64,000 nt of DNA, from contig CAZBGZ010000001.1 of the NCBI GenBank assembly GCA_964491925.1, forward strand, positions 192,701 to 256,700. Reading direction: 5' to 3'. Each line of letters starts with the position of its first letter. Position 1 is the first letter of the stretch. The notes beneath the pieces are model-generated. The model saw nothing but the letters and a program-made list of their open reading frames with translations. It did no database searches and had not been told where the DNA came from. Positions 19,974 to 28,188 of the stretch are shown here, one piece after another. The position numbers were made by a program, and so were the translations under genes. This stretch comes from an uncultured Candidatus Saccharibacteria bacterium (GTDB taxonomy: Bacteria > Patescibacteriota > Saccharimonadia > Saccharimonadales > JAGQNJ01).

Positions 19974-22900
19974 TTATCTTCTAAACCTACCAGGCGTCGG
20001 CTTGATACCACTAGTATCTGCAACTGCCGGTGCACCACCCTGAGAAAGAGTTACTGAACCTACAGGTGTGGTGGCGGCGCCTGGCTGTTGACCTTTTATC
20101 CCTAATGAACGACTACCGCTCACAGCATCATAAGCACCCAACTCTAGGCGCTGTTGGCTCTTCATGGAAGTTAAGATGGCCTGGGCTGCTGGTGTTGCCC
20201 CACTGGCAGATACAGCAGGATCGCCGGTAACGGCTCCTGGGGCGGCATTAGCTAGGCTTTGCATGACCTGGGTCTGCCCATCGGTATTTTCGTAAATGCT
20301 TGCAAGGTGGTCCATGTCGTCTTGAGAGGCAACTCCTCCCCCCGCTTGAGCTTGTATTATTCTGTCTTCCAATATTTTCTGCCAATGTGCTTGGGTTTTC
20401 AGGGTTTCGTCACTTTGCATAGACTGCGGATATTGCTGTTGGTTTCTTCGTAGCCAGTCAACTGAATCTTTGTGTGCAGCAGCATCCGTGCTTAGATCCT
20501 TTAATGCAACTCCCGTAACTCTACCCGTGGCTGGGTCTCTTTGTAACTTAGGCGACGTTTTATTTAAACCAATGTGCTGCCCCTTTGCCCCGTAGGTAGC
20601 AGCGTTATGTGTGCCCAAACCTTCCCAGTCGCTCATGTTCATATCAACCGCGGCTTGCGTGAAACCTTGCCAGTAGTTGTCTATATCATCATCATTTTCA
20701 AATTTCCGAACGGCATATTCTAGACTTTGGCCAACTGCCGGTATATCGTTGCCCAGAGTGCTTTTAGCCTTCCTGTAAAAGTCACGTGTAATTTCTTGTC
20801 CCTTCGAGTTGAAGTACCTGTCTTTGGTATCATCGACGTGGTCCTTGTCGGTGTAGGCAGACCCCGCTTTGCCCGTTTTTGGATCAATCAATTTAACCCT
20901 ACTCCTAGTAGCTTCACCTTTGCGTACTACAAATCCACCTGCTGCAAACCTCATGTCGTCAGCACCGGTTTGTGTCGTATTGTCTTGCACATCTTTCTCT
21001 TCTTTGTTCAGCATGGCGGCATCATACCGTTGGTTCCCCATGCCTGCTAATCTGGCCCGCTGTTTCCTCCACCCCTTTACATTGGCATTGTTCAAATCAT
21101 TAGACCAATTATCTCTAGCTCTGGTGCCAGCCTTTTTATAGTTTCTTCTGACACTATTCCGCAAACTGTATGGATTGTGCTCGCTGCCCTTGATGCCCTC
21201 GAGGCCTTTTTTGCCAGTAGACGATATTGCGCCGTAGATGCTGGCCACCGCGCCTCCGGCTAACTTGAATGCAAATGGAATCAAGAAAAGTGGCAAAAAC
21301 TGCAGTACAAAAGCAACTATTGCTGCCACACCACCAGACACCGTCCCGCCGTTGCCGCTGGCTTTTAGAACAGTTATGCTCAACACATCTGCCATGCAGA
21401 AAATAATAACTATGATTGGGTACATCATTAGTGTTTTGAATAACAAATCCCACCATTTTTTAAAGTACTGTTCGCCGTTAGGCAAAGCATAAAGGCAAAA
21501 GGCAATAGGGCTAGATATTATCAAAAACAGTATTAGTCCCTGTCGAATAACAATGGTTGCGAATACCCCCATAATGGCTATAGCCGCTGGCAGTATCATA
21601 AATAACCCTACAAATGGGGCCACGCTGCCCAAACCGACAGTTGCAGCTCCTACGAAAGAAGTTATCGCACCTGCACCGGCTACAATCCCCCCTACACCCG
21701 CTGCTGCAGCCAGGCCACCCTGGCCCAATCCCAGATCAAACGACCCCATGCTGCTTTTGAACGGTGCGTAGATTAGATTGCCAATGCCTTTACCGATGAT
21801 ATTGGTGATATCAATCATTAGGTTGATGGCGTATACAGACAAGTTTATTAGAATGGCTGCTGCCAGCAACTTCGGTAGCACCTTTTTTGCTGTATATGCG
21901 TCTACCAACCCCCCGCCCAATGCCTGGCCCATCACAATTACCAGCATGGCCACTATCAGCAGGATATTGGCATATACTCGGAAGCTAGACCATGCCTGGA
22001 ATGCTGGTTCGTTGGGGTCAGTATTGACGGGTGATACATACAAAAATGGTTCAATTAGTGACTTAAACATCCAGTCTGTGAGGTCGGCCATGCCGTTGAA
22101 GATTGGACACATAATCCATGTTAGCGGGTTGTTCCATTTTACTTCGCAAGTGATATTTTGGTCGCCTTCGCCATCAACGTCTGTTGTCCCACCGGTCGTA
22201 GGGTCATCTGGGTCATCTTCTGGGCAACCGCCACCTTCTACGTTATAGATTTTAGGAATACATTTGCCTGCTTCACCGGACACATTTTCTCCATTGAATG
22301 CTATTGTAACTCTGCCCATGTCGTGAGTAATCGTGTGACTTAGAGGACCGACCGAGCATCGAGTGTCGATCCTAAAAAAACCTGTCGTTGGGTTATTGGT
22401 TATTATTGTGTAATCATCACTAAGATTGCCATCATCTCTGAGATATTCATTTGGTTTTCGGTTGGGTTCGCCGGCTGGTCTTCTACGCCAGAGTTTATTG
22501 TCATCACCTGGCGAAAAGTGCATTTTTGTCCAGTCGCCAGCACACCCAGCGCCCTTAACGCCAATAGGAACGAAAAGCTCATCATCGCTTCTTCTATACA
22601 CATTCCAGTCTTTTCTCTCGGCGTTTTCTATATCGGTAATGTTGACTCTTTGTGACCCTGCTGCTTGCCATCTCGCGTAGGCATCATTGCCATTGGCTAT
22701 ACCGGCACAATCGCCTGTACTCAACTTATGACCAGCCACGAAAGTACTGCCTGTGTCAGAGTCAAACATAGTGACAGCATCTTTACAGTCGCTGTCACCT
22801 CCTTCGAATCGCCTGAAATCATCATAGGGATTACTGTCAGTGTAGACCTGGCCACCCAGCTTTATATGGATCGCATCTACGTATTTAACGCGGTCCAGTT

Positions 22901-23024
22901 TTCTCTCAGGAGCAGCTTCAGTTTTTTGCGCAGTCGGTATTAATACAAAGAAGACAGGTGCCAATACCAAAAAAGCAAAATAATATAAACCCAGTTTTTT
23001 TATTTTTCGAGAAATATTTATCAT
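19974..23024 (-). CDS. 1016-aa polytopic membrane protein, VirB6/TrbL-like channel candidate
   Basis: Signal-anchor, then a roughly 290-aa Cys-containing ectodomain, then at least 6 TM helices (residues about 340-600), then a roughly 400-aa soluble tail. It is the first gene of the operon. Confidence 0.55.
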   Translation of the reverse strand: MINISRKIKKLGLYYFAFLVLAPVFFVLIPTAQKTEAAPERKLDRVKYVDAIHIKLGGQVYTDSNPYDDFRRFEGGDSDCKDAVTMFDSDTGSTFVAGHKLSTGDCAGIANGNDAYARWQAAGSQRVNITDIENAERKDWNVYRRSDDELFVPIGVKGAGCAGDWTKMHFSPGDDNKLWRRRPAGEPNRKPNEYLRDDGNLSDDYTIITNNPTTGFFRIDTRCSVGPLSHTITHDMGRVTIAFNGENVSGEAGKCIPKIYNVEGGGCPEDDPDDPTTGGTTDVDGEGDQNITCEVKWNNPLTWIMCPIFNGMADLTDWMFKSLIEPFLYVSPVNTDPNEPAFQAWSSFRVYANILLIVAMLVIVMGQALGGGLVDAYTAKKVLPKLLAAAILINLSVYAINLMIDITNIIGKGIGNLIYAPFKSSMGSFDLGLGQGGLAAAAGVGGIVAGAGAITSFVGAATVGLGSVAPFVGLFMILPAAIAIMGVFATIVIRQGLILFLIISSPIAFCLYALPNGEQYFKKWWDLLFKTLMMYPIIVIIFCMADVLSITVLKASGNGGTVSGGVAAIVAFVLQFLPLFLIPFAFKLAGGAVASIYGAISSTGKKGLEGIKGSEHNPYSLRNSVRRNYKKAGTRARDNWSNDLNNANVKGWRKQRARLAGMGNQRYDAAMLNKEEKDVQDNTTQTGADDMRFAAGGFVVRKGEATRSRVKLIDPKTGKAGSAYTDKDHVDDTKDRYFNSKGQEITRDFYRKAKSTLGNDIPAVGQSLEYAVRKFENDDDIDNYWQGFTQAAVDMNMSDWEGLGTHNAATYGAKGQHIGLNKTSPKLQRDPATGRVTGVALKDLSTDAAAHKDSVDWLRRNQQQYPQSMQSDETLKTQAHWQKILEDRIIQAQAGGGVASQDDMDHLASIYENTDGQTQVMQSLANAAPGAVTGDPAVSASGATPAAQAILTSMKSQQRLELGAYDAVSGSRSLGIKGQQPGAATTPVGSVTLSQGGAPAVADTSGIKPTPGRFRR

Positions 23025-23192
23025 ACTTTAGTCAAATCTCTTATGCTATTATCTTACACTACCCTAGTTAGTAGATACAACAGATAGCTAACAGAAATAG
23101 ACCCGAAAGATACCCGAAGACATCTAGCTTATCACATCAGTACTAACAATAGGTAGCCTCGACTATTGAGAGAAGAAAGGTATTGTACTATT

Positions 23193-23774
23193 ATGAATGC
23201 AGAGAAGAAAATGAATCCTCAAATACAAAACCAAAACGACAAAAATTCTGATTATGACTTTATAGTCAATCAGCCAGGCGAATTCGATAAACCCAAGCTT
23301 GATCGCAAGGTTATCACTATTATAATACTAGTAATTATAATAGTGATAACCTTGGCTGTGGCTGCATTATTGAGTGCAAAGCGCAAAGTTGCCCCAATAC
23401 AAAATTCTAATACACCTTCGTTGGCAAAAACGAGTAATGGTAGCTCGACGGTGGCAGATTCAGTAGTAAAACCATTTTTAGTTGATGCCAGTAAAAATCC
23501 CCAGGCTGCATATGATAAATATATCGAACCAGGCATCGACGATAGTTTTACAAAGGAGGCTTTTATGAGCGAATCAATGCCATTCTTGAATAAACTAAAA
23601 CTGGGCGAATGTGTTCTCGGTGCAGCCAAAGAAGTGGATACATCAGGAGCTAATATCACGACTTTAGTTTGCCCCACAAAAAGTACTGGAGCAAGAATCG
23701 GCCTGTCTTTTATTACAGTTGGCCTAAGCACAACTACCAAAATTGTTAACTTTAGTTTTGTGGAGCCTGCATGA
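23193..23774 (+). CDS. membrane-anchored hypothetical protein, first gene of the plus-strand T4SS operon
   Basis: The track ORF starts at 23166 (TTG). ATG 23193 follows GAAAGG. Single TM (VITIIILVIIIVITLAVAALL). The stop overlaps the next start (ATGA). Confidence 0.45.
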   Translation: MNAEKKMNPQIQNQNDKNSDYDFIVNQPGEFDKPKLDRKVITIIILVIIIVITLAVAALLSAKRKVAPIQNSNTPSLAKTSNGSSTVADSVVKPFLVDASKNPQAAYDKYIEPGIDDSFTKEAFMSESMPFLNKLKLGECVLGAAKEVDTSGANITTLVCPTKSTGARIGLSFITVGLSTTTKIVNFSFVEPA

Positions 23775-24418
23775 AAAAATCTATTCTATCTTTCCCAGCA
23801 TTCATGATGCTTATAGTTGTTGTTGCCGGTTTTGTGGTACCCAAAGTAGCGTATGCCGCCGCCCCAGTATGCTATAAAAGGTCGGGCAGTCCACCTTCGG
23901 TAAAAGAGAAGCCTTGCGATCGTCTCAAATCACAAATAGAGGGGCTACTCGGGCACCCGATGAAGGATGACTTTTGCTATTTATTAGGCTCGACCGTTAT
24001 CGAAAAACCTATTGATAGCCCAAAATGCGATGAATTTAAAGATAAAGCTGCGAATGGAGGTGGGGGTGGTGGTGCTGGTGGAACCCTGAATGCTTTTTCA
24101 GCCAACACTAGACCAGTGACGGCCGGCGACACCTGTGGCGACCCGGGGGTTGATATTAGCATCAACATTGGCTGTCAGGGGCAGAATAACCCCATCGTTG
24201 ACATGACTTTTGCATTTATCCGCTTTTTGTCAGTTGGCGTAGGTGTAGTGGCAGTTGGTTCAATTGTTTTGGGCGGCGTCCAATACACATCTTCTGCGGG
24301 TGACCCGAAAAAAACAGCCGCCGCCATTAGTCGTATATCCAATACATTAATCGCCCTTCTCATTTACTTCTTGATTTTTGCTATACTAAACTGGCTCGTA
24401 CCATCAGGAATATTCTAA
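23771..24418 (+). CDS. VirB2/TrbC-like pilin paralog 1 (long form with Cys-rich, Gly-run N-domain)
   Basis: Signal peptide ...KVAYA, then several Cys and GGGGGGAGG. The C-terminus has TM1, the loop YTSSAGDPKKTAAAISRISN, then TM2, as in the five downstream paralogs. Confidence 0.6.
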   Translation: MKKSILSFPAFMMLIVVVAGFVVPKVAYAAAPVCYKRSGSPPSVKEKPCDRLKSQIEGLLGHPMKDDFCYLLGSTVIEKPIDSPKCDEFKDKAANGGGGGGAGGTLNAFSANTRPVTAGDTCGDPGVDISINIGCQGQNNPIVDMTFAFIRFLSVGVGVVAVGSIVLGGVQYTSSAGDPKKTAAAISRISNTLIALLIYFLIFAILNWLVPSGIF

Positions 24419-24802
24419 ATGAACGTATTGACCTATTTATACTCTCAATTCGCAGCGGCCTGCCAACCAAAAGGTAGCTTTTTTGGGTTCCCTACTTGGT
24501 ACAAATATTTGGATGGACAAAACGTTACCGATGGAGCCACAAACACCACTACTTGTTCGCCAATAATCCATGGCATAAATGATGTTTGGTTGATAGTTTT
24601 GGCTATTATAGATCTTCTGCTCAGGGCTGCGATATTGGCTGCTGTAGGTTTTGTTCTTGCCGGTGGGGTGAAATTTATGGTTAGCCAGGGGCAACCAGAT
24701 AAGATTAAATCTGCGCTAACTACTTTGGTTAACGCTCTGATTGGCCTAGCTATTGCAGTGGCCGCAGCAACACTCGTATCTTATGTAGCGGGGAAATTCT
24801 AG
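24419..24802 (+). CDS. VirB2/TrbC-like pilin paralog 2
   Basis: Cys pair, TM1, the loop MVSQGQPDKIKSALTTLVN, then TM2. The start abuts the previous stop. Confidence 0.6.
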   Translation: MNVLTYLYSQFAAACQPKGSFFGFPTWYKYLDGQNVTDGATNTTTCSPIIHGINDVWLIVLAIIDLLLRAAILAAVGFVLAGGVKFMVSQGQPDKIKSALTTLVNALIGLAIAVAAATLVSYVAGKF

Positions 24803-25105
24803 ATGATTTTTCATAATATATATAATTTGGCAGTCTCAAATTGTGCTGGCGCTTCTTGCCAAACCAATTTACCAGAAGTTGCAGCTGACGCTAGCACTGT
24901 ATCGACAATATTGTCGGTTGTATTTGGTATTATCGGGGCCACATCCGTAATACTAATAATATTTGCTGGCATGTTATTTATTACTGGCGGCGATGACCCG
25001 CAAAAAATTAAGACTGCCCGCAATACAATTATTTGGGCATTACTGGGCTTGGGGATTGCTTTATCGGCTGAGGCTATTGTATATATTTTCTTGAGGCAAC
25101 TATAA
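24803..25105 (+). CDS. VirB2/TrbC-like pilin paralog 3
   Basis: CAGASC, TM1, the loop FITGGDDPQKIKTARNTII, then TM2. The start abuts the previous stop. Confidence 0.6.
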   Translation: MIFHNIYNLAVSNCAGASCQTNLPEVAADASTVSTILSVVFGIIGATSVILIIFAGMLFITGGDDPQKIKTARNTIIWALLGLGIALSAEAIVYIFLRQL

Positions 25106-25106
25106 G

Positions 25107-25502
25107 ATGATAAAAAGATTTTTTTACATACTAACGCTTGCCATGTTAACTTTTTTTGCTATCCCGTCCACATCAGTTTTGGCGGTCGATATAATTAGCC
25201 CCGCCTGCCAAAATATTACTACCGGAGATGTTCCTGCTGCTTGCCGCGACAACACTAAGCCTGGTGATGATTTTCTTTTTGGCCCAGATGGAGTTATCAC
25301 AAAGATTATCAATATATTCTCAGTAATATTGGGAGTTGCTGCGGTTATTGTGATCATGATATCTGCAATAAGGTTTATTTCTTCCAATGGCGACCCCGCT
25401 ACAATTTCTTCCGCTAGAAGCGCCATAATCTTTGCCATAATCGGCCTGGTAGTTGCTGCAGTATCCCAGATTGTTGTTCAGCTTGTGTTAAGTAAAATAT
25501 GA
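25107..25502 (+). CDS. VirB2/TrbC-like pilin paralog 4
   Basis: Signal peptide, Cys pair (PACQ..AACR), TM1, the loop FISSNGDPATISSARSAII, then TM2. Confidence 0.65.
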   Translation: MIKRFFYILTLAMLTFFAIPSTSVLAVDIISPACQNITTGDVPAACRDNTKPGDDFLFGPDGVITKIINIFSVILGVAAVIVIMISAIRFISSNGDPATISSARSAIIFAIIGLVVAAVSQIVVQLVLSKI

Positions 25503-25517
25503 GGTTAATCTAGATTT

Positions 25518-25916
25518 ATGGTTAAAACAATAATAAATAAATACAAATATTTGTTGGCTGCAATTTTAGCTTCCCTGTTTGTGCTGGCGATGACGATGCC
25601 GGCCCAGGCATTATTCGAGAGTTCTATTGACGAAGCCTGCAAGGGAGCGACACTAGATGGAACTAGTAACTGCCCAGGGGGTCAAGCAGAAACCCAAATC
25701 AATTCGACTATCGAACAGGGTTTTATGCTGTTCTCGACGGTAATTGGTGTTATCGCAGTAGTAATGATTATTATTGCTGGTATTAAATATGTGACATCAA
25801 GTGGCGACCCCGCAAGTGTTAACAGCGCAAAAAACACTATGCTATATGCTGTAATTGGGCTAGTGATTGCGGCATTAGCTCAGGTTATTGTGCGGTTTGT
25901 GTTGACTCAAACATAG
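25518..25916 (+). CDS. VirB2/TrbC-like pilin paralog 5
   Basis: Signal peptide ...PAQA, Cys pair (EACK..SNCP), TM1, the loop YVTSSGDPASVNSAKNTML, then TM2 ending AQVIVRFVL. Confidence 0.65.
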   Translation: MVKTIINKYKYLLAAILASLFVLAMTMPAQALFESSIDEACKGATLDGTSNCPGGQAETQINSTIEQGFMLFSTVIGVIAVVMIIIAGIKYVTSSGDPASVNSAKNTMLYAVIGLVIAALAQVIVRFVLTQT

Positions 25917-25974
25917 TTCTTGCGGTAATTCGCTCCCTGTGGTAAATTTAACTTAAGAAAACGAAAGGAAAATA

Positions 25975-26385
25975 ATGAAAAAAATACTAAAAAAACTAAT
26001 CGCCAGCGCCAGTGCAGCCGCCCTACTATTGGCCCCAGCAGCGCTAGTTGCATCGCCCGCATTCGCACAGCCAAATATTGACGAAGGACTATGCCAGGGC
26101 GCGAACTTGCAAGTTGGTGAGACTAACTGTAACGGTGATGACGCTCAGGACACAGTTAACAGCATCATAACTGATGTCATTAACATCTTTTCAATTGTCG
26201 TCGGTGTTGTATCAGTCATAATGATTATTGTTGGTGGTCTTAAGTACATTACATCTGGTGGTGATTCAGGAAACGTCAGTGGTGCCAAGAACACGATCTT
26301 ATATGCGATTATTGGACTAGTTATCGTTGCTCTTGCCCAGGTTATAGTGCGATTCGTACTCGGAAAAGCTGTCTCAGCCTCATAG
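25975..26385 (+). CDS. VirB2/TrbC-like pilin paralog 6
   Basis: Signal peptide ...SPAFA, Cys pair (GLCQ..TNCN), TM1, the loop YITSGGDSGNVSGAKNTIL, then TM2 ending AQVIVRFVL. It has its own RBS (GAAAGGAAAA). Confidence 0.65.
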   Translation: MKKILKKLIASASAAALLLAPAALVASPAFAQPNIDEGLCQGANLQVGETNCNGDDAQDTVNSIITDVINIFSIVVGVVSVIMIIVGGLKYITSGGDSGNVSGAKNTILYAIIGLVIVALAQVIVRFVLGKAVSAS

Positions 26386-26409
26386 AAGTAAATAGTTCTA
26401 GATAGATAA

Positions 26410-26443
26410 ATACCCCCAGGTTTTCACCCAGGGGTATTTTTTC
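26410..26443 (+). terminator. intrinsic terminator after the pilin array
   Basis: ATACCCC...GGGGTAT stem followed by TTTTTTCT, 25 nt after the stop of paralog 6. Confidence 0.6.
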
Positions 26444-26558
26444 TGTCTCTCAATGTTTGTTTTACCCCGTTAGAAAATTATAAATCGGTCGTTTCTGTAA
26501 TCAGTAATATATTCTTGGTGTAATGATGTCTAGCCCAGCTAGAATCTACTCTATCTGG

Positions 26559-27044
26559 CTACAATACTTGGATCTTCTTGACGGTATCTTGCTTGACCTT
26601 GGTGAAGGAAATAGTCAGCACTCCGTCTTTCAGCTCGGCAACAATGTCATCTTCTTTTACGGGTATTGGCAATGCAATACTACGAGAGAACTCGCCCCAG
26701 TAACATTCTTGAACAAAGTAATTTGCAACATTGTCTTCGTTCCCAGCAGATAATGTACCCTTGATGCTAAGCGTGTTATCAGAAATATTTACATCTAAGT
26801 CGTTCTTGTTAACGCCAGCGGTTCGAGCTTTTACTACTAGTTTTTCCTTAGTCTCGTATACATCAACTGCAAGTTGACCTGGTACGGCCTCTTCTTCGTC
26901 CCATTCGTCGTTTGCTGCGACCTGTGTTGCTGGGTCTGGTGCTCCCGTTGCGGCGGCATCATTAACAACGTCCTCGTCGCTCAAAAATGCAGCAGTCAAT
27001 TCGTCTTCCATTAATAAATCATCATCGTGGCTTTTACGCGCCAT
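26559..27044 (-). CDS. Hsp20/alpha-crystallin small heat-shock protein
   Basis: Alpha-crystallin domain LAVDVYETKEKLVVKARTAGVNKNDLDVNISDNTLSIKG...AELKDGVLTISFTKV. I trimmed the start to ATG 27044, which is preceded by GGAGGG. Confidence 0.85.
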   Translation of the reverse strand: MARKSHDDDLLMEDELTAAFLSDEDVVNDAAATGAPDPATQVAANDEWDEEEAVPGQLAVDVYETKEKLVVKARTAGVNKNDLDVNISDNTLSIKGTLSAGNEDNVANYFVQECYWGEFSRSIALPIPVKEDDIVAELKDGVLTISFTKVKQDTVKKIQVL

Positions 27045-27210
27045 AGTGTTTTTACCCTCCACTATTTTTCTAGGTTTATTTAGAGCTTTTTGTCTTACTT
27101 GCAAGTATATCCCAGACTATTGCGGCCGCGCAACAGCTAGCCTACACTATTTACAACACACTATTTACAACAGGAGACGGAATATCAAATTAACAGAGAA
27201 GGTTTTTGAC

Positions 27211-27858
27211 TTGATTGCACCATACAGTTGTATGATCTGTGCTGATGAAGGCCAACTTTTGTGCAACAGGTGCTCTCTGGATGCTTTCGATACGGTCCCA
27301 TCCCGCTGCTTTAACTGTTTTTCTCAGACAGATAGTTTTGCTACTTGTAGCAAATGTTCTCCCTCAACCCCGCTTAAACGCGTTTGGGTAGCTAGCGTAT
27401 ATAAAGATTTGACCAAAAAACTTGTTCATAAAATGAAGCTGAATTCGTGTCGACAGGCTTGTTCGGTCGTGGCCACAAGACTTGAAGAAATCGCCCCCTA
27501 TTACGATAAAAGTGTGGTGATTACATATGTTCCCACATCGACAAAACGTGTCCGTGAAAGAGGCTTCGACCATGCCAGACTAATTGCCAAAACCTTTGCA
27601 AAAAAAAGAGGCTTGCAGACTAGAAACCTACTACTTAGAACAACACATCAAAAACAAGCTGGAACAGATAAGAAAACGCGATTACAACAAGCCAAGGGTA
27701 GCTATCAGGCTATAACACCAAGCATAAGTATTGACAGAGTTGTACTAATCGATGACATTATCACCACTGGCGCAACTTTATCGGAGGCAACACGTGTTTT
27801 GAAAAAAGCCGGCGTTAAAAACATAGAATCCCTAGTCTTCGCTCAACCCATAGGATAA
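27211..27858 (+). CDS. comFC: ComF-family phosphoribosyltransferase-domain protein
   Basis: N-terminal Cys-rich zinc-ribbon-like region (CMIC..CNRC, CFNC..CSKC) and PRT motif VVLIDDIITTGATL. The start is uncertain: the track ORF begins at 27046 and overlaps hsp20, while TTG 27211 follows GAAGG. Confidence 0.65.
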   Translation: MIAPYSCMICADEGQLLCNRCSLDAFDTVPSRCFNCFSQTDSFATCSKCSPSTPLKRVWVASVYKDLTKKLVHKMKLNSCRQACSVVATRLEEIAPYYDKSVVITYVPTSTKRVRERGFDHARLIAKTFAKKRGLQTRNLLLRTTHQKQAGTDKKTRLQQAKGSYQAITPSISIDRVVLIDDIITTGATLSEATRVLKKAGVKNIESLVFAQPIG

Positions 27859-27879
27859 TGGCGGAGAGGGAGGGATTCG
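27858..27879 (-). repeat. orphan copy of a tRNA-Ser 3' end (22 nt), not part of an intact tRNA
   Basis: ATGGCGGAGAGGGAGGGATTCG is identical to 28030-28051 and 36566-36587. I could find no matching 5' acceptor strand (GGAGAGG) downstream on the minus strand. Confidence 0.7.
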
Positions 27880-28029
27880 GTCACTTACAGCGACCCCGAA
27901 ACTTCTCGGTTGAAAACAAGTTTTCATCGGAAGATTTCCTTGCAAACTGCCACTGGCAGTTCTCACCCTATCGGGTCCAAAACCCTCGCCTTTTAGCCAT
28001 GCTTACACAGCCGAAATGGTTGCATGAGC

Positions 28030-28122
<93 letters not shown>

Positions 28123-28188
28123 AATTGAATAATAATAACACCGTGTCGATGCCTAATTCACAATTTTATTTTTGAATAGTGATGTTTT

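Noticed and set aside
12097-22943. About 30 ORFs of 60-156 aa on the plus strand inside the large minus-strand T4SS genes (for example 13229-13594, 14417-14833, 16816-17166, 21778-22248)
   Set aside because: They are fully embedded antisense to long ORFs that carry clear motifs (VirB4, M15, CHAP). Their translations are low-complexity (Ser/Pro/Leu-rich) shadow frames with no RBS, and the sense genes fully explain the coding space.
23771-26385. Regular roughly 300-400-bp periodicity suggesting a CRISPR array or other non-coding repeat array
   Set aside because: The periodicity comes from six protein-coding paralogs that are similar at the amino-acid level. There are no short identical DNA direct repeats with unique spacers, and no cas genes.
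11110-26385. Interpretation as an integrated conjugative element or prophage
   Set aside because: There is no integrase or recombinase, relaxase, coupling ATPase, or replication, capsid or terminase gene, and I could see no flanking direct repeats. The flanks are core genes (recF, hsp20/comF).
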